Virus record (IMG/VR): IMGVR_UViG_3300045988_090936
Length of the DNA stretch: 58,728 nt
Reading direction: 5' to 3' (one strand)
Source of the DNA: a virus
Below the pieces are notes generated by a model, which saw only the letters and a list, made by a program, of their open reading frames with translations, was not told the origin of the DNA and did not search any database. Positions 28,200-37,288 of this stretch are shown here, in pieces; position 1 is the stretch's first letter; each line of letters begins with the position of its first letter. A program made the translations under genes and the position numbers.

Positions 28200-28748
28200 T
28201 TATAATTCAATTATTAAGCCTTCATTGAATTCAGATATCTTTGTTGTATCTACTATCTTACATCCTAATCTTGTTAACCATACAATTACATGTAATGCTG
28301 CTGTACTCTTATCTGTATAATACATTTTAGTAATACCTAATGATTTATAGAAGTTAACCATTTCTATTAAGCCTTCTTCTTTCCATATAATATCTCTAAT
28401 CCATACAGCATCTTCTGGAAGTTGTTCTTTCATTATACAATATTTATCTTTGAAGAATTGGTCTCTTTCATTCTTGTTCCATACTAGAACTCTTAATGCT
28501 TGTATTTGCATTTCTGTAAGACCTTTTAAGTTCTCATAATTGTTCCATAATTTTTCCTCTTCACTCTTAACAAGTCTATCACTGTAACTTAATATTTCTT
28601 TGTTGTCATTTAGTTTAGCAACTCTTATTGTTGCATCAACATCTTTCCAAAAACTTTCAAGTGATCTAATCATTTCAAGTCTCTTATGTCTCATTTCCTT
28701 TCTTTCATTTTCGATAGCTTCTAATTCTTTTTTAGTTAGCTTTTTCAT
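28200..28748 (-). CDS. hypothetical protein (first gene behind the 28.8-kb promoter)
   Basis: ORF with RBS, immediately downstream of the promoter. Confidence 0.55.
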   Translation of the reverse strand: MKKLTKKELEAIENERKEMRHKRLEMIRSLESFWKDVDATIRVAKLNDNKEILSYSDRLVKSEEEKLWNNYENLKGLTEMQIQALRVLVWNKNERDQFFKDKYCIMKEQLPEDAVWIRDIIWKEEGLIEMVNFYKSLGITKMYYTDKSTAALHVIVWLTRLGCKIVDTTKISEFNEGLIIEL

Positions 28749-28783
28749 TTCAAATCTCCTTCTTTCTTTTTAATAATGATATT

Positions 28784-28812
28784 ATTATAGGCGATCTTTA
28801 TGGAAAAATCAA
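28784..28812 (-). promoter_or_regulatory. housekeeping-sigma-type early promoter (TTGATT-17 nt-TATAAT)
   Basis: Minus strand ATGCCTTGATTTTTCCATAAAGATCGCCTATAAT. About 40 nt including the upstream A/T tract is nearly identical to the element at 57780..57808. Confidence 0.7.
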
Positions 28813-28854
28813 GGCATAATTTAAAATTCATTAAAAAACTTTTAATTTTTTACA

Positions 28855-28879
28855 TGAAAAAAGAACCTAATCGGTTCTT
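28855..28879 (-). terminator. rho-independent terminator (second of a tandem pair ending the late operon)
   Basis: Minus strand AAGAACC-gatta-GGTTCTT followed by TTTTT. Confidence 0.75.
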
Positions 28880-28885
28880 TTATAA

Positions 28886-28909
28886 AGAAAAAACCACATA
28901 AAGTGGTTT
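28886..28909 (-). terminator. rho-independent terminator (first of the tandem pair)
   Basis: Minus strand AAACCAC-tttat-GTGGTTT followed by TTTT. Confidence 0.75.
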
Positions 28910-28920
28910 TATTATATCTC

Positions 28921-30042
28921 TTATCTAACTCTTATTCTTTGACCTGCGTATATCAAATTAGGATTTTTAATGCCATTGATTTCTGCTAGGTGTTGGTAAG
29001 TAGTTCCATATCTAGAAGCAATTCCTGATAATGTATCTCCTCTTCTTACTGTATAGTATTCTACAGTAGGTGATGGAGTACTACCACCATTTAGAATTTT
29101 ATTAACAATTTCTTGTACTTCTGAATAGTTATATCCTGCATTTGTTAATGCTGCTTTTCTATCAGAACCATTTCCCCATTTACCAGCGATTACTTCTTTA
29201 GCAATTTCTTCATTTGATTTCTTGGCAGGTTTAGTACCTAGGATTTCATTAACTCTATTTTGTACGGCATTGTAATCATATCCTGCATTTGTTAAAGCAT
29301 TAACTCTATCTTGTCCGTTACCCCATTTACCAGCTATAACCTCTCTTGCTATTTCATCTACTGATTTAGTTGGAGTAGGTTGTGGTGTAGGTGCTGGAGT
29401 ATTTCCTCCTTCTTTACTATAACCATTTAATCCTAATTGTTTCATAATTGCTGGGTAATCTTTAACAGCCCAGTTTTGGTCTGTAGTTACTCCTGCAACT
29501 TTATTACTTCTTTGATAGTTTGTTTCTCCTCCGAATTGCCATAAACCATAGTTTACTCCTGATGGTGCTCCTGTTGACCAACAAGCAATCCACCAATCAT
29601 ATCTCTTATTTAATTCAGAACCACTAATTAAGTTTCTATACCAATTTAAGTTAGTATATACACCAAAGTAGTATCCTGCTGATTCAATTATTTCTCCGAA
29701 GGCTCTTACCATTGCATTTCTGGTTTCTTTAGAAGTTTTATTAGCAATACTGCTATCTTCTAAATCTAGATACAATGGATATTCAAACTTCTTACCTGCT
29801 ACTGCTCTCAAGAATGCTCTTGCTTCTGCTTTGGCACCTTCAACTGTAGTAGCATACATATACCAATAAGCACCAACTCCCCATCCTTGCGCTTTTGCTG
29901 CTGCATAGTGAGTTTCAAACTGATTATCTTTAGTTTGACTAAAACCTGCTCTTAATATTGCAAACTTAACTCCTTCTCTAGTTGCTCCACCGTAAGGATA
30001 GTTTCTTTGCCAGGTACTTATATCAATACCAAATAATTTCAT
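28921..30042 (-). CDS. endolysin: GH25 muramidase + two CW_7 repeats + LysM
   Basis: [11 protein letters not shown]25 N-terminus; duplicated IA[RK][20 protein letters not shown] repeats; C-terminal [14 protein letters not shown]...IYAGQRIRV LysM. Confidence 0.9.
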   Translation of the reverse strand: MKLFGIDISTWQRNYPYGGATREGVKFAILRAGFSQTKDNQFETHYAAAKAQGWGVGAYWYMYATTVEGAKAEARAFLRAVAGKKFEYPLYLDLEDSSIANKTSKETRNAMVRAFGEIIESAGYYFGVYTNLNWYRNLISGSELNKRYDWWIACWSTGAPSGVNYGLWQFGGETNYQRSNKVAGVTTDQNWAVKDYPAIMKQLGLNGYSKEGGNTPAPTPQPTPTKSVDEIAREVIAGKWGNGQDRVNALTNAGYDYNAVQNRVNEILGTKPAKKSNEEIAKEVIAGKWGNGSDRKAALTNAGYNYSEVQEIVNKILNGGSTPSPTVEYYTVRRGDTLSGIASRYGTTYQHLAEINGIKNPNLIYAGQRIRVR

Positions 30043-30044
30043 TT

Positions 30045-30176
30045 CTATTCCTCCTCTATCAATTCTTTATCTTCTTCATTAGGAATTCCAAATTCAGCAT
30101 CTCTTTGAGGTGCTACATTCTTTTCATCCTCTTCTCCTAAAAGTACATCTTTCAATTCATCGATATTGTTTTCCAT
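30045..30176 (-). CDS. 43-aa acidic peptide between holin and endolysin (not in the ORF track)
   Basis: [43 protein letters not shown]. Its ATG overlaps the holin stop (TAATG), and its stop lies 2 nt before the lysin ATG. Confidence 0.4.
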   Translation of the reverse strand: MENNIDELKDVLLGEEDEKNVAPQRDAEFGIPNEEDKELIEEE

Positions 30177-30460
30177 TATTTTACCTCCTTGTCTCCTGAT
30201 ATCTTATTAAATAAATCATGTACAAAGTTTGCACCACGACTTACAATTATACCAGTAAGTATACTTCCAATAACTGGAACCATTATTGATAGATTAACAA
30301 TTGGAAAAATATCTATTTTAGCTAGGATACAAATTAGTATACTAATTACTAATGAACCTATTTTATCAATAGAGAATTTTCCGTTTTGCCATACCATCTT
30401 AATATTTTCCCATATAGCTTCGATTAAAATCGCTACTATAACTAATTGAGCATATTCCAT
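30176..30460 (-). CDS. holin
   Basis: 94 aa with three hydrophobic helices and a charged C-terminus (GANFVHDLFNKISG); adjacent to the endolysin. Confidence 0.75.
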   Translation of the reverse strand: MEYAQLVIVAILIEAIWENIKMVWQNGKFSIDKIGSLVISILICILAKIDIFPIVNLSIMVPVIGSILTGIIVSRGANFVHDLFNKISGDKEVK

Positions 30461-30476
30461 ATAACCTTCCTCCTTT

Positions 30477-31094
30477 CTACTTTTTAATAAGCATTTCTAG
30501 GTTTTCCTCGATAAAGAATTTTAGTCTTAATAAACTTTCTCTATCATTATTATTATATGTCTTATGGTAATCATTAACATATTGTATTGCGATGAATCCA
30601 ATCGGCTCTCCTTGTTTATTGTTTAAAATAATGTCATAGAAAGATTTAATATCTTGTGCCTTTTTGAGTGAATAAGTTGCCGGCATTGTTTCCTTTAAAT
30701 CTTCAATATCTTTTACCTCTAATTGATTTTTATCTAATAATGTTTTTATGAACTTTGGTATACAACTTAATGGGATTGATTGTAATTTCATTTGATGACT
30801 AGTAATTCCTTGTCGTAGTACCTCATAAGTACATGATGTCTTTAAAGCACTTCTTCCGTTAGCATAATGTTCTCCGTTATGAAAATCATATAACTGAACT
30901 CTATCTGCATTTAATAATTCTTTCGCTTGTTCCATTCGTCTAATTATCTCTGTATCAATTCCTGATTGTCTTTTTATTTTAGACGGTATAGTTTCTTCCA
31001 CTTGCTTCTTCAATTTAGTAAATGCTAGTAAAACTCCAGTGAAAGCTGATATCAATGCTGTTAATGCTAATAAGAATGCTGTTAACCATTCCAT
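30477..31094 (-). CDS. membrane-anchored protein with a GAF-like soluble domain
   Basis: N-terminal TM (LTAFLLALTALISAFTGVLLAF). ADRVQLYDFHNG...IGFIAIQYV resembles a GAF-type fold, by pattern only. Confidence 0.4.
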   Translation of the reverse strand: MEWLTAFLLALTALISAFTGVLLAFTKLKKQVEETIPSKIKRQSGIDTEIIRRMEQAKELLNADRVQLYDFHNGEHYANGRSALKTSCTYEVLRQGITSHQMKLQSIPLSCIPKFIKTLLDKNQLEVKDIEDLKETMPATYSLKKAQDIKSFYDIILNNKQGEPIGFIAIQYVNDYHKTYNNNDRESLLRLKFFIEENLEMLIKK

Positions 31095-31110
31095 AGATTG
31101 ACCTCCCTCT

Positions 31111-32214
31111 TTATTTTATTGTTTTGAATTTTTCTTTTTTAACTTCTATAAATGAACCACCATTTACTGATATGTACATTTTCTTTTTATCAAAAGTTCC
31201 ACCATTTACTGATACATAAATGTATTTATCAGATACAATAGTAATAGTACCACTTACAACTTGTGCTGAACCAGCTCCACCACCATTAAAATGTTTATTA
31301 CCAGCCCAGTCCTTTGAGTAAGAATATAATCCAAACTTAATTACATCTCCTACAGCAAAGTTATAATCTGCACCGTTTATGGTTTTTGAAGTAGCAGTAC
31401 TTTCTGTATCCTCCATAAGAATTTCTGTATTGTTCTTATATAATCTAAATCTATAACCTGCTATTGGTTTAGAACCTGCCGATCCAGCATCCCAACTAAA
31501 TGTATAAGCAGCTGTTGGTATGGGTTCATTTTTATTATAAGCAATTTTTAGATTACTTGGTGCTCCTGGATTTGTAAATCCAGTAGTAAAGCTACTTACT
31601 CCGGTATAACTTCTTCCGGCAGCATTGGCAGCATTACCTCTGGCATAATAAGTTCTGTTAGGATCTAATCCAGTAAAAGTTCCAGCTCTTGAACCAATTG
31701 ATTTAACTACCGATCCAAAGTTTGATAAAGATAAATCTATATAACTATCTGAAACACTACCATTGTTGGCATTATTTATATTGAAACTTATATATGCCGA
31801 TGTATCTGATACGCTGCTTATACTTAATCCACTTAATGATGGTTTTGAACAAGTAGGTAAATCATATACAGTTAATGTAACATATCCTGGGTCCCAAGGA
31901 TCCCAGTTATTACCTTGTGTTCCTACACTTATATTGCAGCTTGAAGCTCCTGGGTCTAAATCAACCGATTTTCCTACCCAACCACCATAGTATTTTACAT
32001 TTTTTGATGATTTTGATCTATCTTTTACAACATATCTATTTCCTTCAGTCCAAACCGCCCATACGTTTGTTGAATAAGTATTGGTGCTTTGATATAAATA
32101 GGCTCTATACTCGAAATAAACGCTTCTACCATTTCTGGATACATTTCTTATTTCAGCACCAACATTTGCTGCAACATTTATCTTGGAAGCTCCTGCTTCT
32201 GATATCCAAGCCAT
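31111..32214 (-). CDS. tail fibre / adhesin with fibronectin type III-like repeats
   Basis: S/T/G/N-rich; FTGLDPNRTYYARG and PSNLKI...YTFSW FN3-like signatures; position after the fibre gene. Confidence 0.55.
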   Translation of the reverse strand: MAWISEAGASKINVAANVGAEIRNVSRNGRSVYFEYRAYLYQSTNTYSTNVWAVWTEGNRYVVKDRSKSSKNVKYYGGWVGKSVDLDPGASSCNISVGTQGNNWDPWDPGYVTLTVYDLPTCSKPSLSGLSISSVSDTSAYISFNINNANNGSVSDSYIDLSLSNFGSVVKSIGSRAGTFTGLDPNRTYYARGNAANAAGRSYTGVSSFTTGFTNPGAPSNLKIAYNKNEPIPTAAYTFSWDAGSAGSKPIAGYRFRLYKNNTEILMEDTESTATSKTINGADYNFAVGDVIKFGLYSYSKDWAGNKHFNGGGAGSAQVVSGTITIVSDKYIYVSVNGGTFDKKKMYISVNGGSFIEVKKEKFKTIK

Positions 32215-32226
32215 TTATACCACCTC

Positions 32227-33030
32227 CTAACTTGAAGTATCTATCCAAATTATTGTTTTTCCTGATTGTACTGATGGTTGGGTACCACCAACTTTAATAA
32301 TAGTATTACCATCACTAATTACACCAAAACCTTCAACAGCCTCTTTAACTCTTTGAGGTGTCATGTATTTATTATTTACATTTCCCGCTTTGGCTTCATT
32401 TGTACTAGCAATACTGTAATTCTCTACACTTCCTAATCCTACTTGTGACTTTGTAACACTATGAGGATTATTTGTATTTTGTATATGAGCTGTTAAAGCT
32501 TCATTAACTGATGCTACATCTGTATCAATCTTTTCTCTTAAAGTGGTATCTAATTCATTGATAGCATCATTCATATTATCTACAGTAGCAAATACTAAAG
32601 AAGTATCTATAACTACTTCGACATTTTCTACATTACCTACAACTACGTTTAAATCTATTAACTGTTCTGCTACTGCTCCACCTGCTGGTATATAACTAGC
32701 TTTATCTCCACAGTTATCATAACTAAATAGATATTCTATATTATCTCCATCTAAATCTTTAGCAAATACTCCAACTTCTCTCCAGTAGAATGCTTCTCTT
32801 ACATCTACCCCATATAAGTTAGAACCTATAAGTAAAGTTCTAGCATCAATAATACTATTACGGGCTATTGGCAATGTTTGTTTAACACTAACTAAATCGG
32901 TCAATGATGCAATACTTGATGGTTTATTTCCATCTCCCATTTTGATATGAGTGAATTGAACTTTATGACCATTTAGTAGATTAACTAAAAGTTCTATACC
33001 TTTATCAGTTAATTGTAATCCATTAAACAT
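32227..33030 (-). CDS. tail fibre protein (tail-collar fibre N-terminal domain)
   Basis: MFNGLQLTDKGIELL...FTHIKMGDG N-terminus; NPHSVTKSQVGLGSVENY...KYMTPQRVKEAV fibre motif. Confidence 0.65.
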   Translation of the reverse strand: MFNGLQLTDKGIELLVNLLNGHKVQFTHIKMGDGNKPSSIASLTDLVSVKQTLPIARNSIIDARTLLIGSNLYGVDVREAFYWREVGVFAKDLDGDNIEYLFSYDNCGDKASYIPAGGAVAEQLIDLNVVVGNVENVEVVIDTSLVFATVDNMNDAINELDTTLREKIDTDVASVNEALTAHIQNTNNPHSVTKSQVGLGSVENYSIASTNEAKAGNVNNKYMTPQRVKEAVEGFGVISDGNTIIKVGGTQPSVQSGKTIIWIDTSS

Positions 33031-33033
33031 TTA

Positions 33034-33924
33034 TTATCCCTCCTTTATTTTAAATACACAAGAACTATCATCAAGATTATTGATTTCATCCACTTCTCCC
33101 CATATATTAAATCTTATATAATGAACGCCAGAAGGAACCGTATATTCGTTAACCCTTAATGTGGCGCTTCTTGAAATAAATGTATCTTCTGTTGGACCTC
33201 CATAAATTGCTATTCTATCGAATGGCTTGTTAATATTGTTGGTAAACTTATATGTTTTTCCTGGTATAACCTTCATTATGTTTGCAACGGTTTTGCTTCT
33301 ATCCGGATAAGTTATAGTATCTATTGATCCATTTTGAGCATTTATGGTTCCTCTTACAATAGTTTTAATTAGATTACCAGCAATTTCATCTGAATCATAT
33401 GCACTATCAATCTTATATTTGATTCCAATTCTTAATGCCATTCCTACTTTAATATCTGCACTAACTAATGGTGGACCACCAATTTCTAACACCATATTTG
33501 AAGGTATTGCATTTCTTAATTGTTTTTGAACCTCTATCATCATATTTGTATCAAGACCTGATAGAACTATTGTAATAGCATAATCATCTTGATTTATATT
33601 TAAGGTATATCCACTAGGTGAACCAGTTATTTGAGTTAACTTTTGTATTAACCATCTATAAGTATATGGTAACTTACTTGTTAATAAATTGTTAACTCTA
33701 AATCTTCTAGTTTCTAATGAATCTCCATCTTTAGGAGTTATTCCTAACGCCTTTTCCCATTTTTGAATTCCATATAAGCTGGCACTTTTTACTATAACTT
33801 CTTTTCCTATATCTGTTATATATCCATCTAATTGTTCCAGCTCTATATCTAAATCTTCATTCAATAATTTTAAATCAATTACATCTTTTAAAGTTTCTGG
33901 AAGATATTCATGTATCCTAGACAT
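33034..33924 (-). CDS. XkdU/P2 gpI-like baseplate protein with extra C-terminal beta-rich domain
   Basis: YLPETLKDV...GIQKWEKALGI...ETRRFRV pattern (DUF2313-like). Confidence 0.6.
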   Translation of the reverse strand: MSRIHEYLPETLKDVIDLKLLNEDLDIELEQLDGYITDIGKEVIVKSASLYGIQKWEKALGITPKDGDSLETRRFRVNNLLTSKLPYTYRWLIQKLTQITGSPSGYTLNINQDDYAITIVLSGLDTNMMIEVQKQLRNAIPSNMVLEIGGPPLVSADIKVGMALRIGIKYKIDSAYDSDEIAGNLIKTIVRGTINAQNGSIDTITYPDRSKTVANIMKVIPGKTYKFTNNINKPFDRIAIYGGPTEDTFISRSATLRVNEYTVPSGVHYIRFNIWGEVDEINNLDDSSCVFKIKEG

Positions 33925-34981
33925 TGATTACCACATCTCCTTCCCTTACTGGAATTTCATTACTTTCCAATGAAAGGTTAGAAGATGAATTATTCATTTT
34001 AGTATTTGTAATATCTAATACCCCAGCTACTCCAAGTAACCTTGTTTCTAATTGACTAATTCTTGCAATAAGATTATCTTCTTTATCCCAGCTATTTGAT
34101 AATGATTTGAAATAATTATCTACTATATTATTTACTGAATCTTGAATATCTGTTGGGTCTACCCCTGATTCTAAAGTAAATGTAGCACTTACAGTTATGT
34201 TCTTTGCTACAGCTCCTTCAACAGTAACAATATGACCTATTGGTGCAATTCCTAATCCTTGTTGGTCTTGGTTAGGGTCTACTGCTTCTTGAACATCATT
34301 TACTAATGAACTTGTAGGAACTCCTCCTTGCGAGTTAGTAATTATAAGTTTTACTGTTCCTCCACCATTCCATATTGGAACTACTTTACATCCACCAACT
34401 CCTGTTAAAGATTTAACTTTTGTTTGATAATCAGAAACATTACCACCAAATTGTGGAGCAGTAACACTTTCCATATATCTTACTCTTAAATCTTCATCAG
34501 ATTCTATATCATCACCCATATCAATTATATCAGTTAACTCTGCTCTTGTAAGTCCTTGTAAATAAGTTATTGGAGTTAGAGAACCATAATAACTATTACC
34601 AACTACTCCAGCTTGTTCACATCTTAATATCGAGTTATTTGTACCTACAATATTTTCAATAACAATATAAGTATTTTCTCCATCACTAAATCTATTATCA
34701 ACTGGTACTACCATATTGAATTCACCTTTACGTAAAGCATAAGTGGCATCTTTTCTTTTAACACCATTTTGTTCTACTAATTTATCAAGGGCTTCTCCTA
34801 CGGCAGTATCTATAAATACCTGGTCATATATTCCTGATAGTTCTATATACATTTGAGCTAATTCTACGCAGCAAGGTGCTAAAGCATCATAAATTATAGA
34901 ACCTTGTCTTTTATCGATAGTATTGGGAATTCTATCTAGACATCTTTGAAGAATCTCTTCATAAGTAGGTATTTCATTCAT
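33917..34981 (-). CDS. baseplate J-like protein (XkdT-like)
   Basis: Size, position and an N-terminal pattern typical of baseplate J. Confidence 0.7.
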   Translation of the reverse strand: MNEIPTYEEILQRCLDRIPNTIDKRQGSIIYDALAPCCVELAQMYIELSGIYDQVFIDTAVGEALDKLVEQNGVKRKDATYALRKGEFNMVVPVDNRFSDGENTYIVIENIVGTNNSILRCEQAGVVGNSYYGSLTPITYLQGLTRAELTDIIDMGDDIESDEDLRVRYMESVTAPQFGGNVSDYQTKVKSLTGVGGCKVVPIWNGGGTVKLIITNSQGGVPTSSLVNDVQEAVDPNQDQQGLGIAPIGHIVTVEGAVAKNITVSATFTLESGVDPTDIQDSVNNIVDNYFKSLSNSWDKEDNLIARISQLETRLLGVAGVLDITNTKMNNSSSNLSLESNEIPVREGDVVINV

Positions 34982-35373
34982 TATAGATTCACCTCCCAGT
35001 TAATATTGATATCACCAATATTTGTTTCAACTAAAAATACTACATTCGCTACATCTTTATTAAAAGAGATATCAAAATCAGTAACATCTAATATTCTATC
35101 ATCTTCTAATATAGCTTCAGCAATTCTTCTTTTCAATTCTGACTTAACAAAATCTCTATCCTTTCCAACTAAAGAATCAAATTCAGTACCATAATACCAA
35201 TTGTATATTACTGATTCATATCTCTCGGTAGAAAGTATTAAATAGATTGCTTGAACAATAGCATCTTTATCGTCTATGTAACCGGAAATACGATTTGTAT
35301 TTCTATTTATATAATATGTTTTAGACGGCATAGTATTATCTTGTTGATATATTGTATTATAATCTGGCAACAT
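34981..35373 (-). CDS. XkdS/gp25-like baseplate wedge protein (DUF2634-like)
   Basis: KTYYINRNTNRISGYIDDKDAIVQAIYLILSTERYE pattern. Confidence 0.6.
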   Translation of the reverse strand: MLPDYNTIYQQDNTMPSKTYYINRNTNRISGYIDDKDAIVQAIYLILSTERYESVIYNWYYGTEFDSLVGKDRDFVKSELKRRIAEAILEDDRILDVTDFDISFNKDVANVVFLVETNIGDININWEVNL

Positions 35374-35411
35374 ATCTAATTACCTCCTTCTTTTCTTTAA
35401 TTATTTTATGT

Positions 35412-35876
35412 TTATGATACTCTCTTCCAGGCATAAACTTGAAAAGTGGCTATATTATGTGAGTGCCCTTCACTAGCATTTGAACCTCCTGCATATTCAG
35501 TATTAGTCCAAGAGTCTTCGTGCATATCTCCTTTATATACATCTCCATGAAATCCATAAGACATCTCAGAGAATTTGTAAAAAGGAGAATGAATATTATG
35601 ATTATGTGCTGGTAATCCTGATTGATTAGCAGTTAAAGTATGACTTTGAGTACCGATTCCTGTATAATTAGTTTTAGTACCACCAGTTCCTAGATATAAA
35701 TAATAACCACTTATTTGTTCCCATTTTCCTCCAAAGATAGTTCCTGGGTTGGTATTGTTTACTGATAAATAAACATAACCTATTGGAAATAGAATAGTAT
35801 TTAATATTTTCTTATTATGTACTATTCCTCTAGTATCTAAATATAAATTATTCTTTAACTTAACTGATTTGCTCAT
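35412..35876 (-). CDS. receptor-binding tip protein, cassette A (154 aa)
   Basis: PIGYVYLS...NPGTIFGGKWEQ, HNHNIH and GHSHNI HxH motifs, C-terminal VYAWKRVS; paralogous to the next three genes. Confidence 0.7.
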   Translation of the reverse strand: MSKSVKLKNNLYLDTRGIVHNKKILNTILFPIGYVYLSVNNTNPGTIFGGKWEQISGYYLYLGTGGTKTNYTGIGTQSHTLTANQSGLPAHNHNIHSPFYKFSEMSYGFHGDVYKGDMHEDSWTNTEYAGGSNASEGHSHNIATFQVYAWKRVS

Positions 35877-35892
35877 ACCTTACGGTATTATC

Positions 35893-36356
35893 TTAACTTA
35901 CTCTTTTCCACATTTTTACTACTATATAAGGTTGGAGGTTTCCACTATTTCCAGTATTAACTCCTCTTACACCCTTTGTATATACAGCGCCTCCTTGAGA
36001 TACTTCTGTATTTGTTGCTACTCCGTATCCACCAGCTGGTGCGGGTATTGGAAAATCACTATAATAAGTATAATGACTATGTTCCTGTATATATTTACTA
36101 CCACCAGTTTTTAGCAAAGTATTAAATTCCGTTTGTGAAGTATCAACTCCTACAAGACATCTTCCTGTTCCAAAAGTTTCCCAAGTACCGCCAAAGTAAG
36201 TAGAGGGATTAGTATTAACAGTAGATATAAATATGGAACCTACCGGATAAATATTATCAAGTAAGTTATTTAGATAATACCATCCCCCCCCCTCTTATGT
36301 ACTATTGAGGTTGAAGAAAGGTATAAACTATTTTTTAATTTTACTGCTTTTGACAT
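35893..36356 (-). pseudogene. receptor-binding tip protein, cassette B, interrupted by a frameshift at a G9 tract (phase-OFF allele)
   Basis: ATG at 36356 gives MSKAVKLKNSLYLSSTSIVHKRGG, then the frame breaks at the G9 run and stops after 28 aa. With 10 G the frame runs to 35893 (154 aa, ending KMWKRVS). Confidence 0.8.
36284..36292 (-). repeat. homopolymeric G9 tract (C9 on the plus strand) inside cassette B
   Basis: Plus strand cat-ccccccccc-tctt, counted directly. Confidence 0.9.
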
Positions 36357-36374
36357 ATAGTTTGAACTATATTA

Positions 36375-36833
36375 TTAAGCTGTTCTTATCCAAATATAAC
36401 ATGTAATATAAGGTTGAAAATTAGAAACAGTACCTGTATTTCCATGATTATGCGGTTGATTATAACCATATTGACCATAGTCTCTTAATGAGGTAATCTG
36501 CCAACCACTAACCCCTGTTTTTGCAGCTCCTGATAAATAACCAAAGTTACCATCAATGCAAACTTCTAATGGTAAATGTTTATAATCTAAAGTAAAGTTT
36601 CCAGTTGTATGATAATGTTCTTTGTTACCACCAGTTTTCTTAACAGTATTGAAATTGATATCTGATGTATCCACGCATACTGGAACTCTTCCTGGACCAA
36701 ATAGTTCCCACTTACCACCAAGATAGTTTGATGGATTAGTTGCTATAGTAGTAAGAAATAAATCTCCTACCCTATAATATGGAGTGGTTACAATTTTATT
36801 ACCTGTTTTATCTTTTAAATAAACTGCCTTCAT
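36375..36833 (-). CDS. receptor-binding tip protein, cassette C (152 aa)
   Basis: MKAVYLKDKTGNKIV..., RVGDLFLTT...NPSNYLGGKWE, HNHGN, C-terminal YIWIRTA. Confidence 0.7.
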   Translation of the reverse strand: MKAVYLKDKTGNKIVTTPYYRVGDLFLTTIATNPSNYLGGKWELFGPGRVPVCVDTSDINFNTVKKTGGNKEHYHTTGNFTLDYKHLPLEVCIDGNFGYLSGAAKTGVSGWQITSLRDYGQYGYNQPHNHGNTGTVSNFQPYITCYIWIRTA

Positions 36834-36847
36834 TCTATTCTAATAGA

Positions 36848-37288
36848 TTATTTTATTCTTTTCCATACCCATACACCAATATGCGGAATATCATGTGAAT
36901 GTCCTTTACCACCGCCTGTATAAGACGTATCTCTTTCAAATCTATATGTGGTTGAACCATCTTGTACTCCAAGTATATCTTCACCACCAGCTTGTTCTGA
37001 ATAATACATTCTTGGCGCCCAATAAATATGCTTATGAGATGGTATTTGGTTAATTGTCAATGTTGTGTCAAAGCTCTTTGTAGAACCAACGCTACTATTC
37101 ATAAGGTTATTATCTATAGCGCTATTACATCCCCAAAGAAATCCTCCAGAAATCTTTTCCCAGGTTCCTCCAAAGTATTTACTTGGATTATCATTAGATA
37201 CGGTTAAGAATATTGAACCAATAGGCATCCACGGAGCAGCAAATACTTTATTTCCATTTTTATCTTTTAACTGAACCGCCCTAGCCAT
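36848..37288 (-). CDS. receptor-binding tip protein, cassette D (146 aa from MARAVQLKDKNGNKVF)
   Basis: PIGSIFLTVSNDNPSKYFGGTWE, SHKH, GHSHDI, C-terminal VWVWKRIK. Start chosen at the ATG behind AGGTGA, parallel to the other cassettes. Confidence 0.7.
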   Translation of the reverse strand: MARAVQLKDKNGNKVFAAPWMPIGSIFLTVSNDNPSKYFGGTWEKISGGFLWGCNSAIDNNLMNSSVGSTKSFDTTLTINQIPSHKHIYWAPRMYYSEQAGGEDILGVQDGSTTYRFERDTSYTGGGKGHSHDIPHIGVWVWKRIK

